DNA of 64,000 nucleotides from Patellaria atrata CBS 101060 (Eukaryota): NCBI GenBank assembly GCA_010093705.1, contig MU006098.1, positions 45,981 to 109,980 of the forward strand, read 5' to 3'. Shown piece by piece: positions 59,278 to 64,000 of this stretch (position 1 is its first letter; each line of letters starts with the position of its first letter). The notes under the pieces were generated by a model. It saw only the letters and a program-made list of their open reading frames with translations, ran no database searches and was not told where the DNA came from. The position numbers and the translations under genes were made by a program.

Positions 59278-60143
59278 ATTGATTGATGTATGATGTATAC
59301 AAACAAAGAATCAAAGAAAGGATTACTGAGGGAGGAATGATTTATATAGACAATCTTGAAATAAGAGGTCCCCCGCAGAGTCAACCAATGCACGTGGAGT
59401 TAAGGTAGTGGATATGGGATATGCAGGTATTTTGTGTCATAAATACACTTCAATGAAGGTAGGACGTAATGGGACCTGTAAATTACAACCGGAGTGTCAC
59501 ACGAGGGGGGAATTGTGAAGACCTTCCGCAACTATAGAAATAATGGAACAAGGTCGATCTATCTATAATGGAGAGCAGAAGACTCCCAAAGATATAAATG
59601 CTGACTGAGACTTCCACAGTCTACTAGTGTGAAATAGGAAGTGCGCCGTGATCAAGGCAGTCTCCAGATACTGTAATCAACCGTACAAGAAACGGTCAAT
59701 ACTTGTCTGGGTTAATGCCTGGAATCCACAGACTCGACTAGGTTAATAGAAGAAGTTGAGAGGCTGGCGAGACAGAGAAACCTGCGAACTGAAATGAAAT
59801 TTACTTGTATAAAGATGAAGACAGTGTGTTGCCATCAGGCTGGTGAGCGAACAGATCAACAAAGTGGCAAGTCGACCACGAGCTGTATATGTAGGAACCC
59901 TCTCTTTTCTAGTTCCATTGCACGTGTACTTTGACTCGGTATTGGTGCATACTGGTGCGTAAATCACATCTTTGGTGATCTTTTCATTGCCTCAGCTTTC
60001 CCCTCTAGGAGGTCGTGTACAATTACAGTAAATGTCTGACCCGACGCTATTTTCAAGGTCACGCATGAGGCGAACAGAATCAGCGCCATCGCCCGTTCCT
60101 TGAGGGTTAAAGTGCGGAGCAACTTACCATGTTTGCATCTAGG

Positions 60144-60185
60144 ACTGCACCTGAACTGCACCAGAACTGCACCAGAACTGCACCA
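60144..60185 (+). repeat. 11-bp tandem repeat (ACTGCACCAGA) x~3.8
   Basis: Read directly. Confidence 0.85.
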
Positions 60186-61164
60186 AGCACTATGCAGTCC
60201 CTCATCTCGGCCTCGGTCGATCGAGCTTGAAATGGATCAAATCAAATTCAGTATGTCTCGGAGCGCTTCGTGTATGGTGGTGGTGGGACTGTGCACGATC
60301 AAGCCTCTCACCGTTCATCAAGCGAAAATAATAATCGAGACGATAATTCAAGGAAAGCCATAAAGGATTGACCTGAGGGAAGGAAGTTAAGCCATACCGG
60401 GCGAATTTTCCGGAACTTCCGCTTTACTTGTTTATATTCCTCTGTCATCGACTAGAACGGTCAGAATCTCATTAGAATATCATCGGAAGTCCGTATAATC
60501 GTTTATAAGCGAAGCCAATCTCTCTACCTCTTCAGATAAACGAGCATTTACCTCATTGTAGGTCCAAGGTACATTTGCAAGCTCTATCACTATCCATGCA
60601 GTCACATCTCGCCAATCTTTGTGCAACATATTCACACGTCCCGAGTCTATCACTATGAATAAGCATTCCGATTCTCCAAGAGACCTCGGCGTCATAAATG
60701 TGCTATACTACATTCCGTAGGGCTTTCGCATCACTACCCACCGTAGGTAACAATACTTTCACAATCGTGTTCTTCTACAGTCGCCGTTTTGTTGACTGGT
60801 GAGTGAAGACGTAATGAAAGGGTTGTCAGCATTGATATGGGTAGCGATGATCAGCGATGAGCAAGATGTACTGTATGTACTATAAGTGATATTGAAAGAG
60901 TGTCCAGTTTGAAATTTCTAGCTTCGCCGGAACTTCCGCCTGCTAATCACCCTACACCAGACCAGACGTTGCAACAAGCTTATAATTCTGTGCTTCCACA
61001 CTAAGCCGACGCTGTACGAACAGCAATAACCTGGTTATCATACATCAAATTCATCATTATACGCTATGACGCTTACTGACTTGGTGCGACCCTTCTTGCT
61101 GACTCCCTTCCCGATGCAAACGTGACCCTATCTCCATTGGGTCTCTTCATAGATGCTGTCCTGC

Positions 61165-62526
61165 TTAGTTCTGATGATGTGGCCGATTCTTGATTCGCTG
61201 TTTCGCAAACTCAACCGAGTCTCTATGAATCCAAAAGCCAGGAGAACTTGTCCCACTTTGTGGTTGATTTCGTTGATGTATTAGGACAAGAGAATCTCGA
61301 TGACTGCTAAAGTGTCTATCCTCGGCCGAAAGATTGGATAGCGTCCGTACTAGCAGTTCCTGCCTGATCCTTCCGGGCACTGCGTAACTAGGGACCGAAA
61401 GGCTACTTGATTTGGGGTCATTAATGTCAGCCTTGTCATCTCCAAATTCGGATTGCTCGCCCTCCTCTGGTGTGCTCGCTTCGCTCATCGGTTGTGAAGG
61501 TTGGCGTGAGGGGCGATAGCTATTCGGAGGGACAATGTTGGGTTTGGCAAGATTCCCTTCGAATGAGCCGGGTGGTAGATCGTAAAGTGGTTCGCCTGCC
61601 CACGACCATGAAGCAAGAGCAGTGTTGACCCGCTCAAGACCGACTTGAGGAACGTCTTTCTCTTTGTGATCGGAGCCCGACTGTAAAGAGGAACCGGACG
61701 CTTCAAGGTCCTCAGTGTGTTTAGAACCAGAATTCGAATTGCTCTGGTCAGCGTCTGATGGAAATTGCTCCCATATCATCTCATAGACCCCGGGGTCAAG
61801 TTCATGTTCCTCGACGGAGTATGGTTGAACCATGCTCTCACTACTATTTGCTTTCCGCTTAATTTCAGGTCTAGGAACCTCAGATAAGGGTAGAAATGAG
61901 CTTTGACTGTGTAGCGCATCCTTCAATATTTCGTTGCTGTTTTCCATTTCACGTACAGACGCGTTATCCACCCAAGGGAGGAACGGCAATCGGTCATTCC
62001 CGGTAGGTTCTGTTTCGGTATCGGTGAAGGCGCTTTCAGACAATGTACCAGTTTCAGATATCTTTGACGTCCTCCGCAGCCTTTCTAATTCCAGATCCTC
62101 CTGCACCGTCTCCTTAGCAACAATCTGCCTAGTTGGAGTGGACATAGCTTCGGTATTCGGAGACCAGAAAAGTCGGGACAGCGTCTGGGAAGAATCACGC
62201 CGATCCTCCACGACATGAACAAAGGAAGGATATGCAAGATGTGAATGAACAACACCAGTAGATTCACTCGTTGAAGCTTCCGGGACGGATTCCATTGCTA
62301 GGTCTATGGAGGTCCTCGTTTCGGGATTTGAAGATGTAGATAGTCGTCGTGCTGACTTCAGAACAGAACCTCGCCGATTGCTACCATCTTCATGGAGGGC
62401 CTGCAAAGAACGTTCTTCGGGAAAAATAATGTTTCTTGAAGTATCTTTGGTGTTATTACCACGGAGGTCAGGATCGAGAAGAGGTAGAAATTGAGAATTC
62501 CCGATTGTAGAACCCTCGACAGCCAT
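61165..62526 (-). CDS. Ser/Glu-rich hypothetical protein
   Basis: 453-aa ATG-initiated ORF, largely low complexity; no recognised motif. Confidence 0.6.
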   Translation of the reverse strand: MAVEGSTIGNSQFLPLLDPDLRGNNTKDTSRNIIFPEERSLQALHEDGSNRRGSVLKSARRLSTSSNPETRTSIDLAMESVPEASTSESTGVVHSHLAYPSFVHVVEDRRDSSQTLSRLFWSPNTEAMSTPTRQIVAKETVQEDLELERLRRTSKISETGTLSESAFTDTETEPTGNDRLPFLPWVDNASVREMENSNEILKDALHSQSSFLPLSEVPRPEIKRKANSSESMVQPYSVEEHELDPGVYEMIWEQFPSDADQSNSNSGSKHTEDLEASGSSLQSGSDHKEKDVPQVGLERVNTALASWSWAGEPLYDLPPGSFEGNLAKPNIVPPNSYRPSRQPSQPMSEASTPEEGEQSEFGDDKADINDPKSSSLSVPSYAVPGRIRQELLVRTLSNLSAEDRHFSSHRDSLVLIHQRNQPQSGTSSPGFWIHRDSVEFAKQRIKNRPHHQN

Positions 62527-63137
62527 CTTCAGATGTACGTTCAGTATTCTTTACACCTTGAGGGTTTCCTAGAGTGTAGTTTAGGGGATACAGTTGTGAA
62601 CAAGCAAAAATTAGGAACTTTTTAGGGAGAAGGAAGTTGAATTGACTAAGAATGAATGTCAATCGTAGTGGAAAAGAGATAGAGAGGTTGAGGGTAGGTC
62701 TAAAATTTCCATGTTCAACCCCGAAGACAAATACTTGAATGAAGAATATAATGAAGGAAAGAGCAGCTACCATCTGGTGACATATTGTTATCTTGAAGGC
62801 AAGAGCTTTTGGATGCCTTAGCCTTAATAAGACAATGACGATGTTCGAAAATTATTAGCTCGGGAGCCTTACACAATGAGAGTGGGTGCTAAGTAGGATC
62901 CATTCATCAAACGGATACAAATTTCAATTAAATAAGTAAATCGTTGTGATATTTGCTCGGAATGGAAGATGAGAACTATGATTCCACTGGGTTGAATCAC
63001 ATTTGCCATATTTCGAGTCCACTGAGCGAAATACACCACCGTCTTCAACGTTCATAAGGTATCCATGGCAAGATTATAGTAGAAGGAGGGTTTAAGGGTG
63101 CTGAGGTTAAGAAGAATGGAAAGGAGCAAATGACATA

Positions 63138-64000
63138 ACGTGCTTCACCAGTCAGTGAGCCACCCCACCAAGATCAACCCACGTCTTCAACAAAATCAAC
63201 AATGCCACTAACACAGAACCTCCAGAAGCTCCGGCAAGAAGGTAGATTACTTATTGCTACTAAGTCGCTTCAAGAAAACTGAATTTCAAGTATCCGGAAG
63301 GCCGCTACATTGTACGATGTTCTAAAGTCTACACTCCGTCGTCGAGTATACGGGGTAACACCTCAGAGCGCGTCTAACTCACGAAAACGAAAGCTACAGC
63401 TATCTAAAGAGCAGGCACTTGTAGAATGGATCCTCGACCTCGACCGATGCGGATTTCCGCCCCATATCATTGACGTACGCCGAATGGCAGACCATTTACT
63501 CGCCGCGCGGGGCCAGACTCCCACACCCGTCGGTAAGAACTGGGTATGCCGCTTTATCAACAACCAGCCAGACCTACAGACAAGATGAAATAGGAAGTTC
63601 CATTCTCAACGCGCGAAATGCGAAGATCGAGACGTATTTCGCGAGTGGTACAAGCGCGTAAATGAGACGCGCCAGAAGTACGGCATCCTAGACGACGATA
63701 GCTACAACTTTGACGAGACTGGATTCATGATGGGTGTATCTGCGACATCGAAAGTCGTTACAAGCTCCGATACTATAGGCCGAGCAATTCTTATACAACC
63801 GGGCAATCGCGAATGGTCGACGGCGATTGAGTGCGTTAATGCGACTGGGTGGGCAATCCCGCCCTTCGTTATCCTTCCAGGAAAGCTCTACCAGTCAAGC
63901 TGGTATCGGGGACTTAGTGACTGGATGCTCGCTGTTAGCGATAATGGCTGGACAACAGTTAAACTAGGGTTTGAATGGATTAAGCACTTTAATAGCTATA
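63138..64000 (+). mobile_element. pogo/Fot1-type transposon, same family as 15330-17163; defective, truncated by the window end
   Basis: TA + ACGTGCTTCACCAGTCAGTG TIR; high nucleotide similarity to 15330-16210; YNFDETGF region; stop near 63280 and frame disruption near 63586. Confidence 0.93.

Overview
Intron-containing genomic DNA from a filamentous ascomycete (Pezizomycotina; short GT-AG introns with CTAAC/CTGAC-type branch points, RIP signature). The window opens in a RIP-degraded, nested LTR-retrotransposon block (1-2903). Between core genes at ~7.4-17.2 kb lies an accessory island: tRNA-Ser(AGA), a partial arsenic-detoxification cluster (Acr2-type arsenate reductase, a disrupted bZIP regulator, an apparently intact arsenite methyltransferase), a solo LTR with a 5-bp TSD, a decayed gene with an actinoporin/aegerolysin-like domain, and two head-to-head pogo/Fot1 transposons (one spans an assembly gap). 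The rest is mostly housekeeping genes: thioredoxin, HUT1, a CENP-P/Ctf19-like protein, PLP homeostasis protein, DPM3, a Bem4/SmgGDS-like protein, PEX14, an SDR, UBP16-like, bL9m, FBA1, ARG4, AFG2, BUD13, ATL1, a lipase and a CYP52-clan P450. A diverged ~0.8-kb tandem duplication sits at 25.8-27.5 kb and a third pogo copy runs off the right edge. The most notable signals are the arsenic cluster with its non-Yap8-like Cys-bearing bZIP and a conserved, partly covarying RNA-like structure shared by diverged LTRs. All identifications come from reading the sequence and recalling motifs; no database searches were run.
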